Source of the DNA: Gammaproteobacteria bacterium
GTDB lineage: Bacteria > Pseudomonadota > Gammaproteobacteria > SURF-13
NCBI GenBank assembly: GCA_030655395.1
Contig: JAURVQ010000046.1
Location: forward strand, 1 to 52,531
Length of the DNA: 52,531 nucleotides
Direction: 5' to 3'
The position numbers and the translations under genes are program-made. How positions within the stretch are numbered: position 1 is the first letter of the stretch; each line of letters begins with the position of its first letter. Of this stretch, positions 40,038 through 49,429 are shown piece by piece. Below the pieces are notes generated by a model that was not told the DNA's origin, made no database searches, and saw only the letters and a program-made list of their open reading frames with translations.

Positions 40038-41237
40038 ATGTCTATCATTAAATTAGAAGAGCTGAGACATCTCACCGGCATGCGCGCACTGATTCGCGCA
40101 GACCTCAACGTGCCGATGAAGAACGGCAAGGTCACTGACGAGACGCGCATCTATGCCACTGTTCCGACCATCAAGTTTTTGATGCGTACCGGCGCCAAGG
40201 TGATGGTGATGTCGCACCTGGGCCGACCGGAGGAAGGTGTGTATGACGAGAAGTACTCGCTGGCGCCCATCGCGGAAAAGTTGTCCGAGCATCTGGGCAC
40301 GAAGGTGCGCCTGGTCAAGGATTGGCTGAATGGCGTGGAGGTGGCGAACGGCGAAGTGGTGCTGTTTGAAAACGTGCGCTTCAACAAGGGTGAAGAGGAT
40401 AACGACGATGCGCTGGCCAAAAAGATGGCGGCGTTGTGTGATGTGTTTGTGATGGATGCCTTCGGCACCGCGCATCGCGCGCAGGCCTCGACGCACGGCG
40501 TGGCAAAATACGCGCCGGTGGCGTGCGCAGGGCCCCTGCTGTGGAAGGAGTTGAAGGCGCTGAACCTGGCGCTCAGGGATCCGCAGCGCCCGATGGTCGC
40601 CATCGTCGGCGGCTCCAAGGTTTCCACCAAACTCACCGTGCTCGAATCGTTGGCCGGTATCGTGGATCAGCTGATTGTCGGTGGCGGCATCGCCAACACG
40701 TTCATCGCAGCAGCAGGCTACAACGTTGGCAAGTCGTTGTACGAGCCTGACCTGATTCCTATAGCCAAGCGGCTCGCTGAAAAGGCCAAGGCGCGCGGTG
40801 CGGAGATTCCGGTACCGGTGGACGTGGTGTGCGGCAAGGAGTTTTCCGAGACGGCGCAGGCCACGCTGAAAAACGTCGATCAGGTAGAAAACGATGACAT
40901 GATTTTCGACATCGGCCCCAAGACCTCGGCGCGTCTCGCCGAGATATTGAGCAAGGCCGGCACCATTGTGTGGAACGGCCCGGTAGGCGTGTTCGAGTTC
41001 GACCAGTTCGGCGCCGGTACCGAGGCGCTCGCCAAGGCCATCGCCGGTAGCGCCGCTTTTTCACTGGCGGGCGGCGGCGATACGCTTGCGGCCGTTTCCA
41101 AATACAACGTCGAGAACCATATCACCTACATTTCCACCGGCGGCGGGGCCTTTCTCGAATTCCTGGAGGGCAAGACCTTGCCCGCAGTTGCGATTCTGGA
41201 ACAGCGCGGCAAACAAGCGGCGACAACTGACAAGTGA
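40038..41237 (+). CDS. pgk: Phosphoglycerate kinase
   Basis: [30 protein letters not shown]. Confidence 0.97.
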   Translation: MSIIKLEELRHLTGMRALIRADLNVPMKNGKVTDETRIYATVPTIKFLMRTGAKVMVMSHLGRPEEGVYDEKYSLAPIAEKLSEHLGTKVRLVKDWLNGVEVANGEVVLFENVRFNKGEEDNDDALAKKMAALCDVFVMDAFGTAHRAQASTHGVAKYAPVACAGPLLWKELKALNLALRDPQRPMVAIVGGSKVSTKLTVLESLAGIVDQLIVGGGIANTFIAAAGYNVGKSLYEPDLIPIAKRLAEKAKARGAEIPVPVDVVCGKEFSETAQATLKNVDQVENDDMIFDIGPKTSARLAEILSKAGTIVWNGPVGVFEFDQFGAGTEALAKAIAGSAAFSLAGGGDTLAAVSKYNVENHITYISTGGGAFLEFLEGKTLPAVAILEQRGKQAATTDK

Positions 41238-41316
41238 CAAGTCAAAAATCATTTGCTATTAAACTGCGCGCGAGTTTTTTCTCGCCACTCGCCACTTGCC
41301 GCTCGCCACTGTAGTT

Positions 41317-42765
41317 ATGCAACGTCGAACCAAAATTGTCGCCACGCTCGGTCCTGCCACCGATGACCCCAAGGTGCTGGATCAGATGATCGAGGCCGGG
41401 CTGGACGTGGTGCGCCTCAATTTCTCGCACGGCAGCGCGGAAGAACATCGCATGCGCGCCGAAAACGCCTCCAACCGCGCCCGCGCTTATGGCCGCCACA
41501 TCGGCGTGCTCGCCGACCTGCAGGGGCCGAAGATACGCATCGAGCGGTTCAAGAACACGCACGTGACGCTGGAAGAAGGTGCGAAGTTTACCCTCAGTAC
41601 CGAGTGGGACTCCGAGGGTGGCACCGAAGAGGGCGTGGGTATCAGTTACCGCGAACTCGTCAATGACGTGAAGCGCGGCGACACCCTGCTGCTGGACGAT
41701 GGGCGCATCGTGCTGTGGGTGGATCAGGTCACGGCCAGTGAAATCAAATGCCGCGTGGTGGTGGGCGGTGATTTGTCGAACAACAAAGGCATCAACCGTC
41801 AGGGCGGCGGGCTGTCAGCGCGCGCGCTCACCGACAAGGATCGCGCCGACATCAAGGCCGCCGCCGGCATGCAGGTGGATTATCTCGCGGTGTCGTTTCC
41901 GCGCAGTGCCGCCGACATCCACGAGGCGCGCCAGTTGTTGCGCGACGCGGGCGGACACGGCGGCATCGTGGCGAAGATCGAACGCGCCGAGGCGGTGAGC
42001 GCCATCGAGGAAATCATCGAGGCCTCCGACGCGGTCATGATCGCGCGCGGCGACCTCGGCGTCGAGATCGGTGACGCCGCGCTGCCGCCGGTGCAGAAAC
42101 ATATTATCCGCCTCGCGCGCACCATGAATCGCGTGGTGATTACCGCGACGCAGATGATGGAGTCCATGATTGAGAACCAGATTCCCACCCGCGCCGAGGT
42201 GTTTGACGTGGCCAATGCGGTGCTGGACGGCACCGATGCCGTGATGCTCTCCGCCGAGACCGCCTCCGGGAAATATCCCGCCAAGGCCGTGGCGGCGATG
42301 GACCGCATCTGCCGCGAGGCCGAGAAGCAGCAGGCGGTGCGCACTTCCGACCATCGCATAAACACCGAGTTCAAGCATATCGACGAGGCCATTGCGATGG
42401 CCACCATGTACACCGCGAATCATCTGGGCGCGAAGGCCATCATCGCGCTCACTGAATCCGGCTCCACGCCGTTGTGGATGTCACGCATCAGTTCCGGCAT
42501 CCCGATCTACGCCTTGACGAAACATGCCGAAACCCGCAGAAAGGTGACTCTCTATCGCGGCGTTTATCCCGTGAGTTTCGACCTGCCCAGCACCAATCAC
42601 GCCGAAGTCAACAAAGAGGCGGTGGACGAACTGGTACGGCGCGGCGCGGCGCGCACCGGTGATCTTGTCATCATCACCAAGGGTGATCTCATGGGTGTGC
42701 ACGGCGGCACCAATGCGATGAAGATCGTGCGCGTGGGGGATATGGTCGAGGTCGGCAGCAGTTGA
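41317..42765 (+). CDS. pyk: Pyruvate kinase (PykA type)
   Basis: RRTKIVATLGP, RLNFSHG, MIARGDLGVE, DAVMLSAETA. Confidence 0.97.
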   Translation: MQRRTKIVATLGPATDDPKVLDQMIEAGLDVVRLNFSHGSAEEHRMRAENASNRARAYGRHIGVLADLQGPKIRIERFKNTHVTLEEGAKFTLSTEWDSEGGTEEGVGISYRELVNDVKRGDTLLLDDGRIVLWVDQVTASEIKCRVVVGGDLSNNKGINRQGGGLSARALTDKDRADIKAAAGMQVDYLAVSFPRSAADIHEARQLLRDAGGHGGIVAKIERAEAVSAIEEIIEASDAVMIARGDLGVEIGDAALPPVQKHIIRLARTMNRVVITATQMMESMIENQIPTRAEVFDVANAVLDGTDAVMLSAETASGKYPAKAVAAMDRICREAEKQQAVRTSDHRINTEFKHIDEAIAMATMYTANHLGAKAIIALTESGSTPLWMSRISSGIPIYALTKHAETRRKVTLYRGVYPVSFDLPSTNHAEVNKEAVDELVRRGAARTGDLVIITKGDLMGVHGGTNAMKIVRVGDMVEVGSS

Positions 42766-42830
42766 CAGCGCTCTTTGTTAAAAGACAGATACACGCTTAG
42801 AATATATACATTACCTGTAAGGAGGTTGCT

Positions 42831-43928
42831 ATGGCTCTTATCTCAATGCGTCAATTACTGGATCATGCGGCGGAGCACGGCTACGGCGTGCCCGCGTACA
42901 ACGTCAACAACATGGAGCAGATGCACTCCATCATGCAGGCCGCCGATGCGGTCGGCGCCCCGGTCATCATGCAGGCCTCGGCTGGCGCGCGCTCTTACGC
43001 GGGCGAGCCGTTCCTGCGCCATCTGATGTGGGCCGCGGTCGAGATGTATCCGCACATCCCCGTCGTCATGCACCAGGATCACGGTGCCTCGGCGGCGGTG
43101 TGCATACGCTCCATCCAGAGCGGCTTCACCTCGGTGATGATGGACGGTTCGCTGAAGGAAGACATGAAGACGCCGGCCTCGTACGAGTACAACGCCGAGG
43201 TCACGCGCAAGGTGGTCGAAGTTGCCCACGCCTGCGGCGTGTCGGTGGAGGGTGAGCTGGGTTGTCTGGGTTCGCTGGAGAGCGGCAAGATGGGCGAGGA
43301 AGACGGCCACGGCTCGGACGAAACGCTGGATCACTCCATGCTGCTCACCGATCCGGAAGAGGCCGCACAGTTTGTTGCCGACACCAAGGTGGACAGCCTC
43401 GCCATCGCCATCGGCACCAGCCACGGCGCGTACAAATTCACCCGTCCGCCCACCGGCGACATCCTCGCCATCCAGCGCATCAAGGAAATTCACGCGCGCA
43501 TTCCCGACACTCATCTCGTCATGCACGGTTCGTCCTCCGTGCCGCAGGAGTGGCTGGAGATCATCAACAAATACGGCGGCGATATCCGCGAGACCTACGG
43601 CGTGCCGGTGGAGGAGATTCAGCAGGGCATCAAGCACGGCGTGCGCAAGGTCAACATCGACACCGACCTGCGTCTTGCCGCCACCGGCGCGATGCGCAAG
43701 GCGATGGCGGAAGACCCATCCGAGTTCGACCCGCGTAAATTCTTCAAGGCCGCCACCAAGGCCATGATGGAAATCTGCAAGCTGCGCTACGAAGCGTTCG
43801 GTTGCGCTGGGCAGGCCGCCAAGATCAAGCCCATTCATCTGGACACGATGGTGAAGCGCTACAGCAAGGGCGAACTCGACCCGCGCGTCACGGCGGGCAA
43901 GGCCCAGGCGGCGGCGGGCAAGCGTTAA
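42831..43928 (+). CDS. fba: Class II fructose-bisphosphate aldolase (CbbA-like)
   Basis: [32 protein letters not shown]. Confidence 0.96.
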   Translation: MALISMRQLLDHAAEHGYGVPAYNVNNMEQMHSIMQAADAVGAPVIMQASAGARSYAGEPFLRHLMWAAVEMYPHIPVVMHQDHGASAAVCIRSIQSGFTSVMMDGSLKEDMKTPASYEYNAEVTRKVVEVAHACGVSVEGELGCLGSLESGKMGEEDGHGSDETLDHSMLLTDPEEAAQFVADTKVDSLAIAIGTSHGAYKFTRPPTGDILAIQRIKEIHARIPDTHLVMHGSSSVPQEWLEIINKYGGDIRETYGVPVEEIQQGIKHGVRKVNIDTDLRLAATGAMRKAMAEDPSEFDPRKFFKAATKAMMEICKLRYEAFGCAGQAAKIKPIHLDTMVKRYSKGELDPRVTAGKAQAAAGKR

Positions 43929-43957
43929 ATATTCAGCAGACGTTTTTGTTGCACATT

Positions 43958-43991
43958 AAAAAAGCCCCGTGGAGAAATCCACGGGGCTTTT
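43958..43991. terminator. Bidirectional intrinsic terminator
   Basis: AAAAGCCCCGTGGA-GAAA-TCCACGGGGCTTTT between convergent genes. Confidence 0.9.
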
Positions 43992-44019
43992 GTGTTTTCA
44001 GCTGGCGTTGAAGAAAACC

Positions 44020-45123
44020 TTACTGTGGTAAATTCGGGCTGGTGAGGGTCTTCATAAACACCACGAGGTCGGCTTTTTCCTGATCGGTGAGGCCGAGCGG
44101 GCGGAACAGTTTGTCCAGCATCGGATTCCTTTCATTACCCTTGTTGTAAAGATCAACCACGGCCTCCAGTGTGGGCAGGCTGCCATCGTGCATGTAAGGC
44201 GCGGTGAGGGCGACGTTGCGCAGTGTCGGGGTCTTGAAGCGGCCGACGTCCCTGGTGTCGTCGAGGCCGGTGGGTTTTATGGTGACTACCACGCGGCCCA
44301 ATTGCGAAATATCAGACCCCTGTAATACCGCTTCGTCTACGCTCTGGCCGCCGGCGACCGCACTGCGGAAGGCGTTGACTATCTCATACAGGCGCGGCTC
44401 GATCTTGCTGAAACCTACGCCCAGATTGTGGAAGTTGTTGTCGGTGAAGAGGGCGCTGGTTGGCCCGATGGTGTGACACAGGCTGCATTTCGCCTTGCCA
44501 CGGAACAGTTCCAGGCCGCGTATCGCTTCCGCGGAAAGCGCGCTCTTGTCGCCGCCATATTGATAACGGTCGAACGGCGAGTCGCCCGAGATCAGTGTGC
44601 GCTCGTAGCTCGCTATCGCCTTGGTGACATGCCCCATGCCAATCTTGCTGGCCTCAACGCCAAATACCGCCTTGAACTGTAGCGCGTAGATGCTGTCTTT
44701 GCGCACGATGGCGAGCAGGGCGTCGTGATTTTTAAGGCCGTGCTCGACGGAGTTTGTAAACGGATCTCCCGCCTGGCCTTCGAGGCTGGGACGACGACCG
44801 TCCCAGAACATTGTCGTGTAATATGCCGCATTGAGCACGGTGGGGGTGTTGCGCGTGCCCTTGCTCCTGTTGATTCCTTCACCCACCGGCAGGCTGTCGG
44901 CGAAGCCTTTGCCGGCGTCATGGCACTTGCTGCAGCTCACGGTGCCATCGCTGCTCAGGCGTTTGTCTTCAAACAAGGCCTTGCCCAGTGCGGCCTTCTC
45001 CGGCGTTTGAGGATTGTCGGCGGGTACGGGCACCGGTGGTAGACCTAATGGTTCCTTGGCCTGAGCCGCAGTGACACACAATACAAGAGCGGCGGCACAG
45101 AGCGCCGAGACAGCATGTTTCAT
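44020..45123 (-). CDS. Di-heme cytochrome c peroxidase/MauG-family protein
   Basis: Signal peptide, CSKCH and CSLCH, RNTPT, FWDGR, FKTPTLRNVALTAPYMHDG. Confidence 0.92.
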   Translation of the reverse strand: MKHAVSALCAAALVLCVTAAQAKEPLGLPPVPVPADNPQTPEKAALGKALFEDKRLSSDGTVSCSKCHDAGKGFADSLPVGEGINRSKGTRNTPTVLNAAYYTTMFWDGRRPSLEGQAGDPFTNSVEHGLKNHDALLAIVRKDSIYALQFKAVFGVEASKIGMGHVTKAIASYERTLISGDSPFDRYQYGGDKSALSAEAIRGLELFRGKAKCSLCHTIGPTSALFTDNNFHNLGVGFSKIEPRLYEIVNAFRSAVAGGQSVDEAVLQGSDISQLGRVVVTIKPTGLDDTRDVGRFKTPTLRNVALTAPYMHDGSLPTLEAVVDLYNKGNERNPMLDKLFRPLGLTDQEKADLVVFMKTLTSPNLPQ

Positions 45124-45226
45124 AACACTTACCTCAGAGGAGTTGTAGTAGTGTGATCTGATTCGATTGCAGGCAGGCGAGCAAAGCCGCATTATATTCC
45201 ATTACGCTACCATATAGTCAAAAGTA

Positions 45227-45380
45227 AGTTACTCATAAGTCAGTAAGTTAAGACGACACTTCCCGCTACGTCCCCGCCCCCTGTTTAGGGGGCGGGACAG
45301 GGTGGGGGTAGGGTAAACAGCGTATTTACTCAGGAGTCACATCCTTCACGTTGTCGCCTTACTTTGTGACTCCTGAGTAA
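45227..45380. repeat. About 150-bp dispersed structured repeat (MITE-like), copy 1
   Basis: Ends TTACTCATAAGTCA and TGACTCCTGAGTAA; central CCCGCCCCCT/AGGGGGCGGG hairpin; inverted homolog at 52378-52525. Confidence 0.75.
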
Positions 45381-45391
45381 GGGCGTCTCTG

Positions 45392-46720
45392 TTACAGGCG
45401 AGGTGCGCTGGGCGCCGGTAGCACGAGGAAGCCCGGATCGGTATCTTTGCCTCCGGCCATGATGAGCCCAAAGATGAATGCGGGCACGGCTGTCCCTTTG
45501 CGTCCATTGATGACGACGAGGGGCGTGCCCTCGATCTGGTATTTTTCCGCAAGCTCGATATCTTCCTTGAGCACGCTTGCAGTGGCGGGGGAGTTGACGC
45601 AGCCTTCAAGCGTCTTACGTCGTGCACTGTCGTCGTTCGCGGCAATGGTCCAGATGCGGTTTATGGTGAGACTGGCCTGGTCCTTGAACATCGCTGAGCG
45701 CACGCGGCTGAACTCAGGTGTGCCGCGCAGGCAGATCTGCACCTTGGCGGCGAGGCAGCTGATGCCGCCGGAGCTGCGCTGGATCGAGGGATTGCATTCG
45801 CTGTCGAGCGGGTAATGACGCGCCTCCTCGCTCCAGGTGCCCGGTGGTGTGATGCCGCGGATTTCTTCCAGCGCGGCCTCGAGATGCTGGCAGTGCGAGC
45901 AGCGGATGTCGGTCCACTCGATCAGATGTACCGGCGCGCTCGCCGGGCCGAAGCTGGTGCGTTTGGCATCGGCGGCGACTGCAATGGGTTTGGATTTGCG
46001 GTAGACGTCGAGCGAATCGCTGGTGGCCTGCTGGACGCCGGCGGGCAGCGAGTTTAAAAATTCCACCAGCGGACTGACCGGCGCCTTTGCGCTCGCTTCT
46101 TTCAGTACGGTGGATATCCTGGCGGTGCTCAAGTCCTCGCGCGGGGTATGCAGGCCGGGATAGATCAGCGCCGAGAGCGTCACGATCAGCACGGCGCCGC
46201 TTTTGAGCGTGGCCTGCAACCAGTGCGGAGCGCCGATGGAAAGGCGCGCATAGGATATCCACGCGGCGGCAGCGACCAGCACATAAAACAGCACGCAGGT
46301 GGGGCAGAAGGTCTGGATTGCGAAGCTGTAGCCGAGCAGCGAAAGCGCGATCAATGCGCCTGCTCCGGTAACGATACGCAAGGCCTGCACGGTGTCGTTC
46401 ATGGGGGTTCCCTTCGTGGTTTGATAACGCAACATGCCCGCGAGCACCAGTACCACGATGCTCCATGCCAGGCCCCAGCCCGCGATGGGCAGGCCGCTCG
46501 CCTGATGGACAGCATGGGCCAGCGGCGAGTTCCACACCCCGGCGCAGTCGAAGGTGGCGCTGAACGAGCATAGCGGCGCGGTGCCGCGCACGCGCAATAA
46601 ATAGAGCTCAACCCACTGGTAAGTCGTGAGCAGAATGCTGAGCGATGCCACGCCGATCAGAAACAGTGCGTTCAGCGCCTCACGGCCGCGCTGCGGTTGA
46701 ATAGCAGAAAGTGATGGCAT
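45392..46720 (-). CDS. VKOR-thioredoxin (DsbA-like) fusion
   Basis: C-x7-C loop, TM helices and CPTC, then CSHC and GTP of a thioredoxin fold. Confidence 0.88.
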   Translation of the reverse strand: MPSLSAIQPQRGREALNALFLIGVASLSILLTTYQWVELYLLRVRGTAPLCSFSATFDCAGVWNSPLAHAVHQASGLPIAGWGLAWSIVVLVLAGMLRYQTTKGTPMNDTVQALRIVTGAGALIALSLLGYSFAIQTFCPTCVLFYVLVAAAAWISYARLSIGAPHWLQATLKSGAVLIVTLSALIYPGLHTPREDLSTARISTVLKEASAKAPVSPLVEFLNSLPAGVQQATSDSLDVYRKSKPIAVAADAKRTSFGPASAPVHLIEWTDIRCSHCQHLEAALEEIRGITPPGTWSEEARHYPLDSECNPSIQRSSGGISCLAAKVQICLRGTPEFSRVRSAMFKDQASLTINRIWTIAANDDSARRKTLEGCVNSPATASVLKEDIELAEKYQIEGTPLVVINGRKGTAVPAFIFGLIMAGGKDTDPGFLVLPAPSAPRL

Positions 46721-46836
46721 GGCGTCTCTCTTCAGCGGATAACCGTGTGACTCTAGCAGAGTTGTGTCCGGTCAGACAAGGCGCGCATGGCGGGATGCAG
46801 GCGGTGGCACAGGGAAAAAGGTGATAGCATTATGCC

Positions 46837-47232
46837 ATGTTCACCGCAGGCACCGTTATCGCCGCCACGGCTATTTACCTGCTCATGCTCGCCGCGTTTT
46901 TCTCGGCGCGTCAGCGCCGCTTTCATGTCCCGGTGATGATAGGCGCGATGGTGTTTGATTTCATGATGCCGTTTTATCTGTACCTTACCAAGGATTGGTA
47001 CCGGCGGCTGGTGACGGAAGGCGAGTTGACTTCGTTCCTGCTCTGGACCCACCTGCTGCTGGTGCTCACACTCTATATGCTGTATGCCATGCAGATACAA
47101 AGTGCGCGGCGTATCCTGCGGGGTGAATTGAGTTTGCGCACCGACCATCGCGCCCAAGGCAAGGCCGTTCTGCTGGTGCGCGCCTTTGTGATACTCACCG
47201 GTGCGCTCATGGTAGAGACGCCGAAGCACTGA
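46837..47232 (+). CDS. Small 4-TM membrane protein (possibly DUF420-like)
   Basis: Four hydrophobic segments with His residues near helix ends. Confidence 0.65.
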   Translation: MFTAGTVIAATAIYLLMLAAFFSARQRRFHVPVMIGAMVFDFMMPFYLYLTKDWYRRLVTEGELTSFLLWTHLLLVLTLYMLYAMQIQSARRILRGELSLRTDHRAQGKAVLLVRAFVILTGALMVETPKH

Positions 47233-47242
47233 AGCGGCGGGG

Positions 47243-48589
47243 CTAGTGGGTGCCCAGCAATTCGTGCAGTTTGTGCGCGAGTGCGCTGATCTCGGCGCGA
47301 TGGGTGTGCTCGCCGGGCAGGGCGAGAAAGACATCCAGGGCATGGCCCAGTCTTTTCAGGTGCCAACTCAGTTCGTTCTGGAGTAATTCCATTTCGCACA
47401 GAAAGGGATTTTCCGCGGGCTGGGTGTCCCGCTGCAACCCTTCCAGCCACGCAATGATTTCGCCGCTGACAAGGCCGGAGGAGCTCATCAGGTGTTGTGT
47501 CTGCGCCGCGACCCTGCGCAGCTTGATGATGGCAGGCCCGGGTTTGGTGGTCTGAGTCACCATGCTGAGCCGCGACAGGATGGGTAGCGCGCTATTCATC
47601 TTGGCACCACGTGTCTTGAGTTGTTCGAGCAGGGCAGGTAAGTCGCCAAGCGGGTTGATCGAGGTGCGCTCCAGGCCGGACTTGCGCAACAGTGCGCACA
47701 CTGCCTCGTATACCGCGCGATTGCTGGCGGCGCTGTTCATCAGCAGCATGGGCTCGGTGTCGCGCAGATTACGGCCGCTTGTGCCGAACAGCTTGAGGCG
47801 CATCGCCCCTAATCTGTCGCTCATGCCCACGATCTGGCCGAACAGTCCGAGCTGGTCGCCTTCCCTGGCCGCCGGGTAACCGGTGCCGTCGCTGTGCTCA
47901 TGATGTTCAAGCACCGCGCGTGCGATGTGCGGATGCAGGGTGGCGACGTCCTGCGCAATGATCTGCCCGATCACCACGTGGCCCTGCATCGCGCGCCACT
48001 CGTCGGCAGTGAAGCTGCCGCCTTTTGCAACCACGTCCTGCGGCAAGTGCAGAAAGCCAAGATCACGGATCAGGGCTGCCATACCCGCCATGTGTATCTC
48101 ATGTCTGGGCAGGCCGAGCTCGCGCGCGATCAGCATGGCGAGCCAGAGGCCAAACAGCGCCTGTCCAAACAGCGGCGGCTGCTGTAAATGCAGCACAGTG
48201 AGTTTCTGTGTAATCACCGGGTTGGGGGGTTCGCGGGTCAGCAGGGCCTGAAAGTCGGCATCGAAGTCGAGTTTCTGGTGCAGCGCGCCGAGGTCTGGAT
48301 ACTGCTGTGAGAGAAGAGCGAATTTCTCCGCCAGAATCCTGGTAGTGATGGTGCCTTCGATCTGAATCTGGTGTTCCAGCGGCTTGCTGAGCTTGTGCTT
48401 GGCGATGCGCTGCGTAGCGCCGTGGTCGAGGCGCGCACCCTGGCGCGTAATAAGGGCGCCCTGGCTGTTTAAAATGTCTTCAGTGGCCGTGACTCCGCGG
48501 CTCTGGTTGACTGTGGCAAGGTGGTCGAGATAGTGACCGTCCTCCAGTACTGCCGCATCGGCGGGTATCTTTACAGGCTCCATCTGCAC
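47243..48589 (-). CDS. HD-GYP domain protein with a degenerate HD motif
   Basis: AALIRDLG replaces LLHDIG; HHEHSDGTGYP retained. Confidence 0.85.
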   Translation of the reverse strand: MQMEPVKIPADAAVLEDGHYLDHLATVNQSRGVTATEDILNSQGALITRQGARLDHGATQRIAKHKLSKPLEHQIQIEGTITTRILAEKFALLSQQYPDLGALHQKLDFDADFQALLTREPPNPVITQKLTVLHLQQPPLFGQALFGLWLAMLIARELGLPRHEIHMAGMAALIRDLGFLHLPQDVVAKGGSFTADEWRAMQGHVVIGQIIAQDVATLHPHIARAVLEHHEHSDGTGYPAAREGDQLGLFGQIVGMSDRLGAMRLKLFGTSGRNLRDTEPMLLMNSAASNRAVYEAVCALLRKSGLERTSINPLGDLPALLEQLKTRGAKMNSALPILSRLSMVTQTTKPGPAIIKLRRVAAQTQHLMSSSGLVSGEIIAWLEGLQRDTQPAENPFLCEMELLQNELSWHLKRLGHALDVFLALPGEHTHRAEISALAHKLHELLGTH

Positions 48590-48733
48590 GGCTCTCTCTT
48601 CTCTTGTTGGTCTGAGGCTGCTCCTGTTATTATCGGACTACCCCGTCCGTAACTTTAAGACTGCACCAAGCAGGGGGAATCATAGGCCCTGTTGCAAAGA
48701 TGCCGACTGTGGCACGGGTTGAAGCCCTCGGCT

Positions 48734-48790
48734 TTGACTTGCCGAATATCGGGGGTGTAAACTGTCACTAGATTTAGACGTGGTCTAAAT
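48734..48790 (+). promoter_or_regulatory. sigma70-like promoter followed by a palindromic operator
   Basis: TTGACT-18 bp-TAAACT, then ATTTAGAC-GTG-GTCTAAAT at 48772-48790. Confidence 0.65.
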
Positions 48791-48850
48791 ACAGGAGGCC
48801 GTCACTAGTCTGCGGCTGCGTATTAATATCAACTTGTATGAGGAAGTGCT

Positions 48851-49270
48851 ATGCAACTCAAAGGCAGCAAAACCCATGAAAACTTGAAGGCCGCATTCGC
48901 GGGCGAATCCCAGGCCAATCGCCGTTACCTTTATTTCGCCGCCAAGGCCGACGTGGAAGGTTACAACGACGTGTCCGCCGTGTTCCGCTCCACCGCCGAG
49001 GGTGAAACCGGCCATGCGCACGGCCACCTGGAGTATATGGAGGCCTGCGGCGACCCGGCCACCGATCTCCCCATCGGCACCACCAGTGATAACCTGAAGG
49101 CCGCGATTGCGGGCGAGACCCACGAGTACACCGACATGTACCCGGGCATGTGCAAGACCGCGCGCGGTGAAGGTTTCGGCGAGATCGCCGACTGGTTCGA
49201 GACCCTCGCCAAGGCCGAACGTTCGCACGCCAACCGTTTCCAGAAGGCGCTTGATACGTTGGGTAAATAA
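48851..49270 (+). CDS. rbr: Rubrerythrin, short form without a rubredoxin domain
   Basis: [40 protein letters not shown]. Confidence 0.93.
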   Translation: MQLKGSKTHENLKAAFAGESQANRRYLYFAAKADVEGYNDVSAVFRSTAEGETGHAHGHLEYMEACGDPATDLPIGTTSDNLKAAIAGETHEYTDMYPGMCKTARGEGFGEIADWFETLAKAERSHANRFQKALDTLGK

Positions 49271-49279
49271 GTTAAAGGC

Positions 49280-49418
49280 AGATACAAGATACAAGTTGCA
49301 AGATACAAGTAAATACGGGGCCATAATGTATGGCCCCGTATTTGTTATTAAGGTGCTTAGGAAGAGACAAGATAGGCTGGTATTTTTGTAACTTGTATCT
49401 TTTCTCTTGTATCTTTTC
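49280..49418. repeat. 7-bp tandem arrays in inverted orientation around a perfect hairpin
   Basis: (GATACAA)n-like left arm, (CTTGTAT/CTTTTCT)n right arm, inner AAATACGGGGCCATA-atg-TATGGCCCCGTATTT. Confidence 0.75.
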
Positions 49419-49429
49419 TCTGAGGTTAT

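Noticed and set aside
48710-48725. TGGCAC sigma54-like motif upstream of rbr
   Set aside because: GG to GC spacing is 11 rather than 10; a sigma70-like promoter fits better.
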